Positions 33,901 through 51,385 are shown, counted from the first letter of the stretch. The stretch is 64,000 nucleotides of DNA from Eledone cirrhosa (GCA_964016885.1 OZ024745.1:3410001-3474000), one strand, 5' to 3'. Notes: generated from the letters alone by a model not told the origin. Translations and numbers: made by a program.

Positions 33901-36900
33901 CCAATGTCACCACCACCACCAACACACCCAATATCACCACCACCACCAACACACCCAATATCACCACCACCACCAACACACCCAATATCACCACCACCAC
34001 CAACACACCCAATATCGCCACCACCACCAACACACCCAATATCACCACCATCAACACACCCAATATCGCCACCACCACCAACACACCCAATATCGCCACC
34101 ACCACCAACACACTCATTATCACCACCACCACCAACACACTCAATATCACCACTACCACCAACACACCCAATATCGCCACCACCACCAACACACCCAATA
34201 TCGCCAACACCACCAACACACTCAATATCACCCCCACCACCAACACACTCAATATCACCACCACCAACACACCCAATATCGCCACCACCACCAGCACACC
34301 CAATATCGCCACCACCACCAACACACTCAATATCACCACCACCAACACACCCAATATCACCACTACAATCAACACACCCAATATCACCACCACCACCAAC
34401 ACACCCAATATCACCACCACCAACACACCCAATATCGCCACCACCACCAACACACCCAATATCACCACCACCAACACACCCAATATCGCCACCACCACCA
34501 ACACACCCAATATCACCACCACCAACACACTCAATATCACCACCACCAACACGCCCAATATCACCACCACCAACACACTCAATATCACTACCACCAACAC
34601 ACCCAATATCACCACCACCAACACACCCAATATCAGCACTACCACCAACACACCCAATATCACCACCACCACCAACACACCCAATATCACCACTACCACC
34701 AACACACCCAATATCACTACCACCACCAACACACCCAATATCACCACCACCACCAACACACCCAATATCACCACCACCACCAACACACCCACTATCACCA
34801 CCACCACCAACACACCCAATATCAGCACCACCACCAACACACCCAATATCACTACCACCAACACACCCAATATCACCACCACCACCAACACACCCAATAT
34901 CACCACCACCACCAACACACCCAATATCACCACCACCACCAACACACTCAATATCACCACCACCACCAACACACCCAATATCACGACCACCATCAACACA
35001 CCCAATATCACTACCACCAACACACCCAATATCACCACCACCAACACACCCAATATCACCACCACCAACACACCCAATATCACCACCACAACCAACACAC
35101 CCAATATCACCACCACCACCAACACACCCAATATTACCACCACCACCAACACACCCAATATCACCACCACCAACACACCCAATATCACCACCACCACCAA
35201 CACACCCAATATCACCACTACCACCAACACACCCAATATCACCACCACCAACACACCCAATATCACCACTACCACCAACACACCCAATATCACCACCACC
35301 AACACACCCAATATCACCACCACCAACACACCCAATATCACCACCACCAACACACCCAATATCACCACCACCACCAACACACTCTATATCACCACCACCA
35401 CCAACACACCCAATATCACCACCACCATCAACACACTCTATATCACCCCCACCACCAACACACCCAATATCACCACCACCACTAACACACCCAATATCAC
35501 CACCACCAACACACCCAATGTCACCACCACCACCAACACACCCAATATCACCACCACCACCAACACACCCAATATCACCACCACCACCAACACACCCAAT
35601 ATCACCACCACCACCAACACACCCAATATCGCCACCACCACCAACACACCCAATATCGCCACCACCACCAACACACCCAATATCACCACCATCAACACAC
35701 CCAATATCGCCACCACCACCAACACACCCAATATCGCCACCACCACCAACACACTCAATATCACCACCACCACCAACACACTCAATATCACCACTACCAC
35801 CAACACACCCAATATCGCCACCACCACCAACACACCCAATATCGCCAACACCACCAACACACTCAATATCACCCCCACCACCAACACACTCAATATCACC
35901 ACCACCAACACACCCAATATCGCCACCACCACCAACACACCCAATATCGCCACCACCACAAACACACTCAATATCACCACCACCAACACACCCAATATCA
36001 CCACTACAATCAACACACCCAATATCACCACCACCACCAACACACCCAATATCACCACCACCAACACACCCAATATCGCTACCACCACCAACACACCCAA
36101 TATCACCACCACCAACACACCCAATATCGCCACCACCACCAACACACCCAATATCACCACCACCAACACACTCAATATCACCACCACCAACACGCCTAAT
36201 ATCACCACCACCAACACACTCAATATCACTACCACCAACACACCCAATATCACCACCACCAACACACCCAATATCAGCACTACCACCAACACACCCAATA
36301 TCACCACCACCACCAACACACCCAATATCACTACTACCACCAACACACCCAATATCACTACCACCACCAACACACCCAATATCACCACCACCACCAACAC
36401 ACCCAATATCACCACCACCACCAACACACCAACTATCACCACCACCACCAACACACCCAATATCACCACCACCACCAACACACCCAATATCACTACCACC
36501 AACACACCCAATATCACCACCACCACCAACACACCCAATATCACCACCACCACCAACACACCCAATATCACCACCACCACCAACACACTCAATATCACCA
36601 CCACCACCAACACACCCAATATCACGACCACCATCAACACACCCAATATCACTACCACCAACACACCCAATATCACCACCACCAACACACCCAATATCAC
36701 CACCACCAACACACCCAATATCACCACCACAACCAACACACCCAATATCACCACCACCACCAACACACCCAATATTACCACCACCACCAACACACCCAAT
36801 ATCACCACCACCAACACACCCAATATCACCACCACCACCAACACACCCAATATCACCACCACCACCAACACACTCAATATCACCACCACCACCAACACAC

Positions 36901-39900
36901 CCATTATCACCACCACCACCAACACACCCAATATCACCACTACCACCAACACACCCAATATCACCACCACCACCAACACACCCAATATCACCAACACCAT
37001 CAACACACCCAATATCAACACTACCACCAACACACCCAATATCACCACCACCAACACACCCAATATCACCACCACCACCAACACACCCAATATCACCACC
37101 ACCACCAACATACTCAATATCACCACCACCACCAACACACCCAATATCACCACCACCACCAACACACCCAATATCACCACTACCACCAACACACCCAATA
37201 TCACCACCACCACCAACACACCCAATATCACCACCACCACCAACACACCCAATATCACCACCACCACCAACACACCCAATATCACCACCACCACCAACAC
37301 ACCCAATATCACCACCACCATCAACACACCCAATATCAACACTACCACCAACACACCCAATATCACCACCAACACCAACACACCCAATATCACCACCAAA
37401 ACCAACACACCCAATATCACCACCACCACCAACACACCCAATATCACCCCCACCACTAACACACCCAATATCACCACCACCACCAACACACCCAATATCA
37501 CCACCACCACCAACACACCCAATATCACCACCACCACCAACACACCCAATATCACCACTACCACCAACACACCCAATATCACCACCACCACCAACACACC
37601 CAATATCACCACCACCACCAACACACCCAATATCACCACCACCACCAACACACCCAATATCACCCCCACCACCAACACACCCAATATCACCACCACCACC
37701 AACACAACCAATATCACCACCACCACCAACACACCCAATATCACCACCACCATCAACACACCCAATATCACCACCACCACCAACACACCCAATATCACTA
37801 CCACCACACACTCAATATCACCACTACCACCAACACACCCAATATCACCACCACCACCAACACAACCAATATCACCACCACCACCAACACACCCAATATC
37901 ACCACTACCACCAACACACCCAGTATCACCACCACCACCAACACACCCAATATCACCCCCACCACCAACACACCCAATATCACCACCACCAACACACCCA
38001 ATATCACCAGTACCACCAACACACCCAATATCACCACCAACACCAACACACCCAATATCACCACCACCACCAACACACCCAATATCACCACCACCACCAA
38101 CACACCCAATATCACCCCCACCACTAACACACCCAATATCACCACCACCACCAACACACCCAATATCACCACCACCAACACACCCAATATCACCACCACC
38201 ACCAACACAACCAATATCACCACCACCATCAACACACCCAATATCACCACCACCATCAACACACCCAATATCACCACCACCACCAACACACCCAATATCA
38301 CTACCACCACACACTCAATATCACCACTACCACCAACACACCCAATATCACTACCACCAACACACCCAATATCACCACCACCACCAACACACCCAATATC
38401 ACCACCACCACCAACACACCCAATATCACCACCACCACCAACACACCCAATATCACTACCACCAACACACCCAATATCACCACCACCAACACACCCAATA
38501 TCACCACCACCACCAACACACCCAATATCACCACCACCACCAACACACCCAATATCACCACCACCAACACACCCAATATCACCACCACCACCAACACACC
38601 CAATATCACCACCACCACCAACACACCCAATATCACCACCACCACCAACACACCCAATATCACCACCACCAACACACCCAATATCACCACCACCACCAAC
38701 ACACCCAATATCACCACCACCACCAACACACTCAATATCACCACCACCACCAACACACCCATTATCACCACCACCACCAACACACCCAATATCACCACTA
38801 CCACCAACACACCCAATATCACCACCACCACCAACACACCCAATATCACCAACACCATCAACACACCCAATATCAACACTACCACCAACACACCCAATAT
38901 CACCACCACCAACACACCCAATATCACCACCACCACCAACACACCCAATATCACCACCACCACCAACATACTCAATATCACCACCACCACCAACACACCC
39001 AATATCACCACCACCACCAACACACCCAATATCACCACTACCACCAACACACCCAATATCGCCACCACCACCAACACACTCAATATCACCACCACCAACA
39101 CACCCAATATCGCCACCACCACCAACACACCCAATATCGCCACCACCACCAACACACTCAATATCACCACCACCAACACACCCAATATCACCACTACAAT
39201 CAACACACCCAATATCACCACCACCACCAACACACCCAATATCACCACCACCAACACACCCAATATCGCCACCACCACCAACACACCCAATATCACCACC
39301 ACCAACACACCCAATATCGCCACCACCACCAACACACCCAATATCACCACCACCAACACACTCAATATCACCACCACCAACACGCCCAATATCACCACCA
39401 CCAACACACTCAATATCACTACCACCAGCTCACACAATATCACCACCACCAACACACCCAATATCAGCACTACCACCAACACACCCAATATCACCACCAC
39501 CACCAACACACCCAATATCACCACTACCACCAACACACCCAATATCACTACCACCACCAACACACCCAATATCACCACCACCACCAACACACCCAATATC
39601 ACCACCACCACCAACACACCCAATATCACCACCACCACCAACACACCCAATATCACTACCACCAACACACCCAATATCACCACCACCACCAACACACCCA
39701 ATATCACCACCACCACCAACACACCCAATATCACCACCACCACCAACACACTCAATATCACCACCACCACCAACACACCCAATATCACGACCACCATCAA
39801 CACACCCAATATCACTACCACCAACACACCCAATATCACCACCACCAACACACCCAATATCACCACCACCAACACACCCAATATCACCACCACAACCAAC

Positions 39901-42900
39901 ACACCCAATATCACCACCACCACCAACACACCCAATATTACCACCACCACCAACACACCCAATATCACCACCACCAACACACCCAATATCACCACCACCA
40001 CCAACACACCCAATATCACCACCACCACCAACACACTCAATATCACCACCACCACCAACACACCCATTATCACCACCACCACCAACACACCCAATATCAC
40101 CACTACCACCAACACACCCAATATCACCACCACCACCAACACACCCAATATCACCAACACCATCAACACACCCAATATCAACACTACCACCAACACACCC
40201 AATATCACCACCACCAACACACCCAATATCACCACCACCACCAACACACCCAATTTCACCACCACCACCAACATACTCAATATCACCACCACCACCAACA
40301 CACCCAATATCACCACCACCACCAACACACCCAATATCACCACCACCACCAACACACCCAATATCACCACCACCACCAACACACCCAATATCACCACCAC
40401 CATCAACACACCCAATATCAACACTACCACCAACACACCCAATATCACCACCAACACCAACACACCCAATATCACCACCAAAACCAACACACCCAATATC
40501 ACCACCACCACCAACACACCCAATATCACCCCCACCACTAACACACCCAATATCACCACCACCACCAACACACCCAATATCACCACCACCAACACACCCA
40601 ATATCACCACCACCACCAACACAACCAATATCACCACCACCACCAACACACCCAATATCACCACCACCATCAACACACCCAATATCACCACCACCACCAA
40701 CACACCCAATATCACTACCACCACACACTCAATATCACCACTACCACCAACACACCCAATATCACCACCACCACCAACACAACCAATATCACCACCACCA
40801 CCAACACACCCAATATCACCACTACCACCAACACACCCAGTATCACCACCACCACCAACACACCCAATATCACCCCCACCACCAACACACCCAATATCAC
40901 CACCACCAACACACCCAATATCACCAGTACCACCAACACACCCAATATCACCACCAACACCAACACACCCAATATCACCACCACCACCAACACACCCAAT
41001 ATCACCACCACCACCAACACACCCAATATCACCCCCACCACTAACACACCCAATATCACCACCACCACCAACACACCCAATATCACCACCACCAACACAC
41101 CCAATATCACCACCACCACCAACACAACCAATATCACCACCACCATCAACACACCCAATATCACCACCACCATCAACACACCCAATATCACCACCACCAC
41201 CAACACACCCAATATCACTACCACCACACACTCAATATCACCACTACCACCAACACACCCAATATCACTACCACCAACACACCCAATATCACCACCACCA
41301 CCAACACACCCAATATCACCACCACCACCAACACACCCAATATCACCACCACCACCAACACACCCAATATCACTACCACCAACACACCCAATATCACCAC
41401 CACCAACACACCCAATATCACCACCACCACCAACACACCCAATATCACCACCACCACCAACACACCCAATATCACCACCACCAACACACCCAATATCACC
41501 ACCACCACCAACACACCCAATATCACCACCACCACCAACACACCCAATATCACCACCACCACCAACACACCCAATATCACCACCACCAACACACCCAATA
41601 TCACCACCACCACCAACACACCCAATATCACCACCACCACCAACACACTCAATATCACCACCACCACCAACACACCCATTATCACCACCACCACCAACAC
41701 ACCCAATATCACCACTACCACCAACACACCCAATATCACCACCACCACCAACACACCCAATATCACCAACACCATCAACACACCCAATATCAACACTACC
41801 ACCAACACACCCAATATCACCACCACCAACACACCCAATATCACCACCACCACCAACACACCCAATATCACCACCACCACCAACATACTCAATATCACCA
41901 CCACCACCAACACACCCAATATCACCACCACCACCAACACACCCAATATCACCACTACCACCAACACACCCAATATCACCACCACCACCAACACACCCAA
42001 TATCACCACCACCACCAACACACCCAATATCACCACCACCACCAACACACCCAATATCACCACCACCACCAACACACCCAATATCACCACCACCATCAAC
42101 ACACCCAATATCAACACTACCACCAACACACCCAATATCACCACCAACACCAACACACCCAATATCACCACCAAAACCAACACACCCAATATCACCACCA
42201 CCACCAACACACCCAATATCACCCCCACCACTAACACACCCAATATCACCACCACCACCAACACACCCAATATCACCACCACCAACACACCCAATATCAC
42301 CACCACCACCAACACAACCAATATCACCACCACCACCAACACACCCAATATCACCACCACCATCAACACACCCAATATCACCACCACCACCAACACACCC
42401 AATATCACTACCACCACACACTCAATATCACCACTACCACCAACACACCCAATATCACCACCACCACCAACACAACCAATATCACCACCACCACCAACAC
42501 ACCCAATATCACCACTACCACCAACACACCCAGTATCACCACCACCACCAACACACCCAATATCACCCCCACCACCAACACACCCAATATCACCACCACC
42601 AACACACCCAATATCACCACTACCACCAACACACCCAATATCACCACCAACACCAACACACCCAATATCACCACCACCACCAACACACCCAATATCACCA
42701 CCACCACCAACACACCCAATATCACCCCCACCACTAACACACCCAATATCACCACCACCACCAACACACCCAATATCACCACCACCAACACACCCAATAT
42801 CACCACCACCACCAACACAACCAATATCACCACCACCATCAACACACCCAATATCACCACCACCATCAACACACCCAATATCACCACCACCACCAACACA

Positions 42901-45900
42901 CCCGATATCACTACCACCACACACTCAATATCACCACTACCACCAACACACCCAATATCACCACCACCACCAACACAACCAATATCACCACCACCACCAA
43001 CACACCCAATATCACCACTACCACCAACACACCCAATATCACCACCACCACCAACACACCCAATATCACCCCCACCACCAACACACCCAATATCACCACC
43101 AACAACACACCCAATATCACCACTACCACCAACACACCCAATATCACCACTACCACCAACACACCCAATATCACCACCACCAACACACCCAATATCACCA
43201 CCACCACCACACCCCATATCACCACCACCACCAACACACTCTATATCACCACCACCACCAACACACCCAATATCACCACCACCACCAACACACTCTATAT
43301 CACCCCCACCACCAACACACCCAATATCACCACCACCACTAACACACCCAATATCACCACCACCAACACACCCAATATCACCACCACCACCAACACACCC
43401 AATATCACCACCACCACCAACACACCCAATATCACCACCACCACCAACACACCCAATATCACCACCACCACCAACACACCCAATATCGCCACCACCACCA
43501 ACACACCCAATATCACCACCACCAACACACCCAATATCGCCACCACCACCAACACACCCAATATCACCACAACCAACACACCCAACATCACCACCACCAC
43601 CAACACACCCAATATCACTACCACCACCAACACACCCAATATCACCACCACCACCAACACACTCAATATCACCACCACCACCAACACACTCAATATCACC
43701 ACCACCACCAACACACCCACTATCACCACCACCACCAACACACCCAATATCACCACCACCACCAACACACCCAATATCATCACCACCACCAACACACCCA
43801 ATATCACCACCACCACCAACACACCCAATATCACAACTACCAACACACCCAATATCACCACCACCACCAACACACCCAATATCACCACCACCAACACACC
43901 CAATATCACCACCACCACCAACACACCCAATATCACCACCACCACCAACACACCCAATATCACCACCACCACCAACACACCCAATATCACCACCACCAAC
44001 ACACCCAATATCGCCACCACCACCAACACACCGAATATCACCACCACCAACACACCCAATATCACCACCACCACCAACACACCCAATATCACCACCACCA
44101 CCAACACACCCAATATCACCACCACCACCAACACACCCAATATCACCACCACCACCAACACACCCAATATCACTACCACCAACACACCCAATATCACCAC
44201 CACCACCAACACACCCAATATCACCACCACCACCAACACACCCAATATCACCACCACCACCAACACACCCAATATCACTACCACCAACACACCCAATATC
44301 ACCACCACCACCAACACACTCAATATCACCACCACCAACACACCCAATATCACCACCACCACCAACACGCCCAATATCACCACCACCACCAACACACCCA
44401 ATATCACCACCACCACCAACACACCCAATATCACCACCACCATCAACACACCCAATATCAACACTACCACCAACACACCCAATATCACCACCACCAACAC
44501 ACCCAATATCACCACCACCACCAACACACCCAATATCACCACCACCACACTCAATATCACCACCACCACCAACATACGCAATATCACCACCACCAACACA
44601 CCCAATATCACCACCACCACCAACACACCCAATATCACCACTATCACCAACACACCCAATATCACCACCATCACCACCACCACCAACACACCCAATATCA
44701 CCACCACCACCAACACACCCAATATCACCACCACCACCAACACACCCAATATCACCACCACCACCAACACACCCAATATCACCCCCACCACTAACACACC
44801 CAATATCACCACCACCACCAACACACCCAATATCACCACCACCAACACACCCAATATCACCACCACCAACACACGCAATATCACCACCACCAACACACCC
44901 AATATCACCACCACCACCAACACACCCAATATCACCACTATCACCAACACACCCAATATCACCACCACCAACACACCCAATATCAGCACCACCACCAACA
45001 CACCCAATATCACCACCACCACCAACACACCCAATATCACCACCACCACCAACACACCCAATATCACCACCACCACCACCAACACACCCAATATCACCCC
45101 CACCACTAACACACCCAATATCACCACCACCACCAACACACCCAATATCACCACCACCAACACACCCAATATCACCACCACCAACACACCCAATATCACC
45201 ACCACCAACACACCCAATATCACCACCACCACCAACACAACCAATATCACTACCACCACACACTCAATATCACCACTACCACCAACACACCCAATATCAC
45301 CACCACCACCAACACAACCAATATCACCACCACCACCAACACACCCAATATCACCACTACCACCAACACACCCAATATCACCCCCACCACCAACACACCC
45401 AATATCACCCCCACCACCAACACACCCAATATCACCACCACCAACACACCCAATATCACCACTACCACCAACACACCCAATATCACCACTACCACCAACA
45501 CACCCAATATCACCACCACCACCAACACACCCAATATCACCACCACCATCAACACACCCAATATCACCACCACCACCAACACACCCAATATCACTACCAC
45601 CACACACTCAATATCACCACTACCACCAACACACCCAATATCACCACCACCACCAACACAACCAATATCACCACCACCACCAACACACCCAATATCACTA
45701 CCACCACACACCCAATATCACCACTACCACCAACACACCCAATATCACCACCACCACCAACACACCCAATATCACCCCCACCACCAACACACCCAATATC
45801 ACCACCACCAACACACCCAATATCACCACCATCACCAACACACCCAATATCCCCACCACCACCAACACAACCAATATCACCACCACCACCAACACACCCA

Positions 45901-48900
45901 ATATCACCACTACCACCAACACACCCAATATCACCACCACCACCAACACACCCAATATCACCACTACCACCAACACACCCAATATCACCACCACCACCAA
46001 CACACCCAATATCACCACCACCACCAACACACCCAATATCACCACCACCACCAACACACCCAATATCACCCCCACCACCAACACACCCAATATCACCACC
46101 ACCAACACACCCAATATCACCACTACCACCAACACACCCAATATCACCACTACCACCAACACACCCAATATCACCACTACCACCAACACACCCAATATCA
46201 CCCCCACCACCAACACACCCAATATCACCACCACCACCAACACAACCAATATCACCACCACCACCAACACACCCAATATCACCACCACCACCAACACAAC
46301 CAATATCACCACCACCACCAACACACCCAATATCACCACTACCACCAACACACCCAATATCACCACCACCACCAACACACTCAATATCACCACCACCACC
46401 AACACACCCAATATCACCACCACCAACACACCCAATATCACCACTACCACCAACACACCCAATATCACCACTACCACCAACACACCCAATATCACCACCA
46501 CCACCAACACACCCAATATCACCACTACCACCAACACACCCAATATCACCACCACCACCAACACACTCAATATCACCACCACCACCAACACACCCAATAT
46601 CACCACCACCAACACACCCAATATCACCACCACCACCAACACACCCAATATCACCACTACCACCAACACACCCAATATCACCACTACCACCAACACACCC
46701 AATATCACCCCCACCACCAACACACCCAATATCACCACCACCAACACACCCAATATCACCACTACCACCAACACACCCAATATCACCACTACCACCAACA
46801 CACCCAATATCACCACCACCACCAACACACCCAATATCACCACCACCACCAACACACCCACTATCACCACCACCACCAACACACCCAATATCACCACCAC
46901 CACCAACACACCCAATATCACCACCACCACCAACACACCCAATATCACCACCACCACCAACACACCCACTATCACCACCACCACCAACACACCCAATATC
47001 ACCACCACCACCAACACACCCAATATCACTACCACCAACACATCCAATATCACCACCACCACCAACACACCCACTATCACCACCACCACCAACACACCCA
47101 ATATCACCACCACCACCAACACACCCAATATCACTACCACCAACACACCCAATATCACCACCACCACCAACACACCCAATATCACCACCACCACCAACAC
47201 ACCCAATATCACCACCACCACCAACATACTCAATATCACCACCACCACCAACACACCCAATATCACCACCACCACCAACACACCCAATATCACCACTACC
47301 ACCAACACACCCAATATCACCACCACCACCAACACACCCAATATCACCACCACCACCAACACACCCAATATCACCACCACCACCAACACACCCAATATCA
47401 CCACCACCATCAACACACCCAATATCAACACTACCACCAACACACCCAATATCACCACCACCAACACACCCAATATCACCACCACCACCAACACACCCAA
47501 TATCACCACCACCAACACACCCAATATCACCACCACCACCAACACACCCAATATCACCACCACCACCAACACACCCAATATCACCACCACCACCAACACA
47601 CCCAATATCACCACCACCACCACCAACACACCCAATATCACCACCACCATCAACACACCCAATATCAACACTACCACCAACACACCCAATATCACCACCA
47701 ACACCAACACACCCAATATCACCACCACCACCAACACACCCAATATCACCACCACCACCAACACACCCAATATCACCCCCACCACTAACACACCCAATAT
47801 TACCACGATCACCAACACACCCAATATCACCACCACCAACACACCCATTATCACCACCACCACCAACACAACCAATATCACCACCACCATCAACACACCC
47901 AATATCACTACCACCACCAACACACCCAATATCACCACCACCACCAACACACCCAATATCACCCCCACCACTAACACACCCAATATTACCACCATCACCA
48001 ACACACCCAATATCACCACCACCAACACACCCAATATCACCACCACCATCAACACACCCAATATCACTACCACCACCAACACACCCAATATCACTACCAC
48101 CACACACTCAATATCACCACCACCACCAACACGCCCACTATCACCACCACCACCAACACACCCAATATCACCACCACCACCAACACACCCAATATCACCA
48201 CCACCACCAACACAACCAATATCACCACCACCACCAACACACCCAATATCACCACTACCACCAACACACTTAATATCACCACCACCACCAACACACCCAA
48301 TATCACCCCCACCACCAACATATCACCCCCACCACCAACACACCCAATATCACCACCACCAACACACCACATATCACCACTACCACCAACACACCCAATA
48401 CACCACACACCAACACACCCAATATCACCACTACCACCAACACACCCAATATCACCACCACCACCAATACCACCACCACAACACACCCAATATCACCACC
48501 ACCAACACACCCAATATCACCACACCACCAACACACCCAATATCACCACCACCACCAACACACCCAATATCACCCCCACCACCAACACACCCAATATCAC
48601 CACCACCAACACACCCAATATCACCACTACCACCAACACACCCAATATCACCACCACCAACACACCCAATATCACCACTACCACCAATACACCCAATATC
48701 ACCATCACCAACACACCCAATATCACCACTACCACCAACACACCCAATATCACCACTACCACCAACACACCCAATATCACCCCCACCACCAACACACCCA
48801 ATATCACCACCACCAACACACCCAATATCACCACTACCACCAACACACCCAATATCACCACCACCAACACACCCAATATCACCACTACCACCAACACACC

Positions 48901-51274
48901 CAATATCACCACCACCAACACACCCAATATCACCACTACCACCAATACACCCAATATCACCACTACCACCAACACACCCAATATCACCACTACCACCAAC
49001 ACACCCAATATCACCCCCACCACCAACACACCCAATATCACCACCACCAACACACCCAATATCACCACTACCACCAACACACCCAATATCACCACTACCA
49101 CCAACACACCCAATATCACCACCACCACCAACACACCCAATATCACCACCACCACCAACACACCCACTATCACCACCACCACCAACACACCCAATATCAC
49201 CACCACCACCAACACACCCAATATCACCACCACCACCAACACACCCAATATCACCACCACCACCAACACACCCACTATCACCACCACCACCAACACACCC
49301 AATATCACCACCACCACCAACACACCCAATATCACTACCACCAACACACCCAATATCACCACCACCACCAACACACTCAATATCACCACCACCACCAACA
49401 CACCCAATATCACCACCACCACCAACACACCCAATATCACTACCACCAACACACCCAATATCACCACCACCACCAACACACCCAATATCACCACCACCAC
49501 CAACACACCCAATATCACCACCACCACCAACATACTCAATATCACCACCACCACCAACACACCCAATATCACCACCACCACCAACACACCCAATATCACC
49601 ACTACCACCAACACACCCAATATCACCACCATCACCAACACACCCAATATCACCACCACCACCAACACACCCAATATCACCACCACCATCAACACACCCA
49701 ATATCAACACTACCACCAACACACCCAATATCACCACCACCAACACACCCAATATCACCACCACCACCAACACACCCAATATCACCACCACCACCAACAC
49801 ACCCAATATCACCACCACCAACACACCCAATATCACCACCACCACCAACACACCCAATATCACCACCACCACCAACACACCCAATATCACCACCACCATC
49901 AACACACCCAATATCAACACTACCACCAACACACCCAATATCACCACCAACACCAACACACCCAATATCACCACCACCACCAACACACCCAATATCACCA
50001 CCACCACCAACACACCCAATATCACCCCCACCACTAACACACCCAATATTACCACCATCACCAACACACCCAATATCACCACCACCAACACACCCAATAT
50101 CACCACCACCATCAACACACCCAATATCACTACCACCACCAACACACCCAATATCACCACCACCACCAACACACCCAATATCACCCCCACCACTAACACA
50201 CCCAATATTACCACCATCACCAACACACCCAATATCACCACCACCAACACACCCAATATCACCACCACCATCAACACACCCAATATCACTACCACCACCA
50301 ACACACCCAATATCACTACCACCACACACTCAATATCACCACCACCACCAACACACCCACTATCACCACCACCACCAACACACCCAATATCACCACCACC
50401 ACCAACACACCCAATATCACCACCACCACCAACACAACCAATATCACCACCACCACCAACACACCCAATATCACCACTACCACCAACACACTTAATATCA
50501 CCACCCCCACCACCAACACACCCAATATCACCACCACCAACACACCCAATATCACCACTACCACCAACACACCCAATATCACCACTACCACCAACACACC
50601 CAATATCACCACCACCACCAACACACTCAATATCACCACCACCACCAACACACCCAATATCACCACCACCAACACACCCAATATCACCACTACCACCAAC
50701 ACACCCAATATCACCACTACCACCAACACACCCAATATCACCACTACCACCAACACACCCAATATCACCACTACCACCAACACACCCAATATCACCACCA
50801 CCACCAACACACTCAATATCACCACCACCACCAACACACCCAATATCACCACCACCAACACACCCAATATCACCACTACCACCAACACACCCAATATCAC
50901 CACTACCACCAACACACCCAATATCACCACTACCACCAACACACCCAATATCACCACTACCACCAACACACTCAATATCACCACTACCACCAACACACCC
51001 AATATCACCACTACCACCAACACACCCAATATCACCACTACCACCAACACACCCAATATCACCACCACCAACACACCCAATATCACCACTACCACCAACA
51101 CACCCAATATCACCACTACCACCAACACACCCAATATCACCACTACCACCAACACACCCAATATCACCACTACCACCAACACACTCAATATCACCACTAC
51201 CACCAACACACCCAATATCACCACTACCACCAACACACCCAATATCACCACTACCACCAACACACCCAATATCA
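952..51274. repeat. Giant minisatellite array, unit ACACACCCAATATC(ACC)nA; n mostly 3 or 4 (24/27 bp), rare 21/30/33 bp
   Basis: Uninterrupted tandem units from TCACCAGCAACACACCCAATATC at 952 to CACACCCAATATCA at 51274. The plus strand is almost G-free. Copy number of ~1,900-2,000 is estimated as length divided by ~26 bp. Recurrent variants include ACT for ACC, CTCAAT, ACGCAC, ATCGCC, CCCCCA and ACAACCAAT. Confidence 0.99.
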
Positions 51275-51385
51275 AGTTTCTTGAAATATTGTGTCCCATA
51301 TCCTACATGAAATGCTGACCCCTTACTAAGCCTGAATATTTTTTTTTTTTTTATTTGTTTACAAGCTGGAATATATAGTTTTATT

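Noticed and set aside
952-51274. Telomeric repeat or chromosome end
   Set aside because: The G/T-rich strand is telomere-like in composition, but there is no TTAGGG-type short unit and ordinary sequence flanks both sides.
952-51274. Chi-like GGTGGTGG / occasional GCTGGTGG motifs
   Set aside because: Chi acts through bacterial RecBCD. Here the match is a by-product of GGT runs.
51275-51340. Upstream half of the mariner transposase on the far side of the array
   Set aside because: Only a weak DTIFQE resemblance to the FQQDG motif was found, too little to call.
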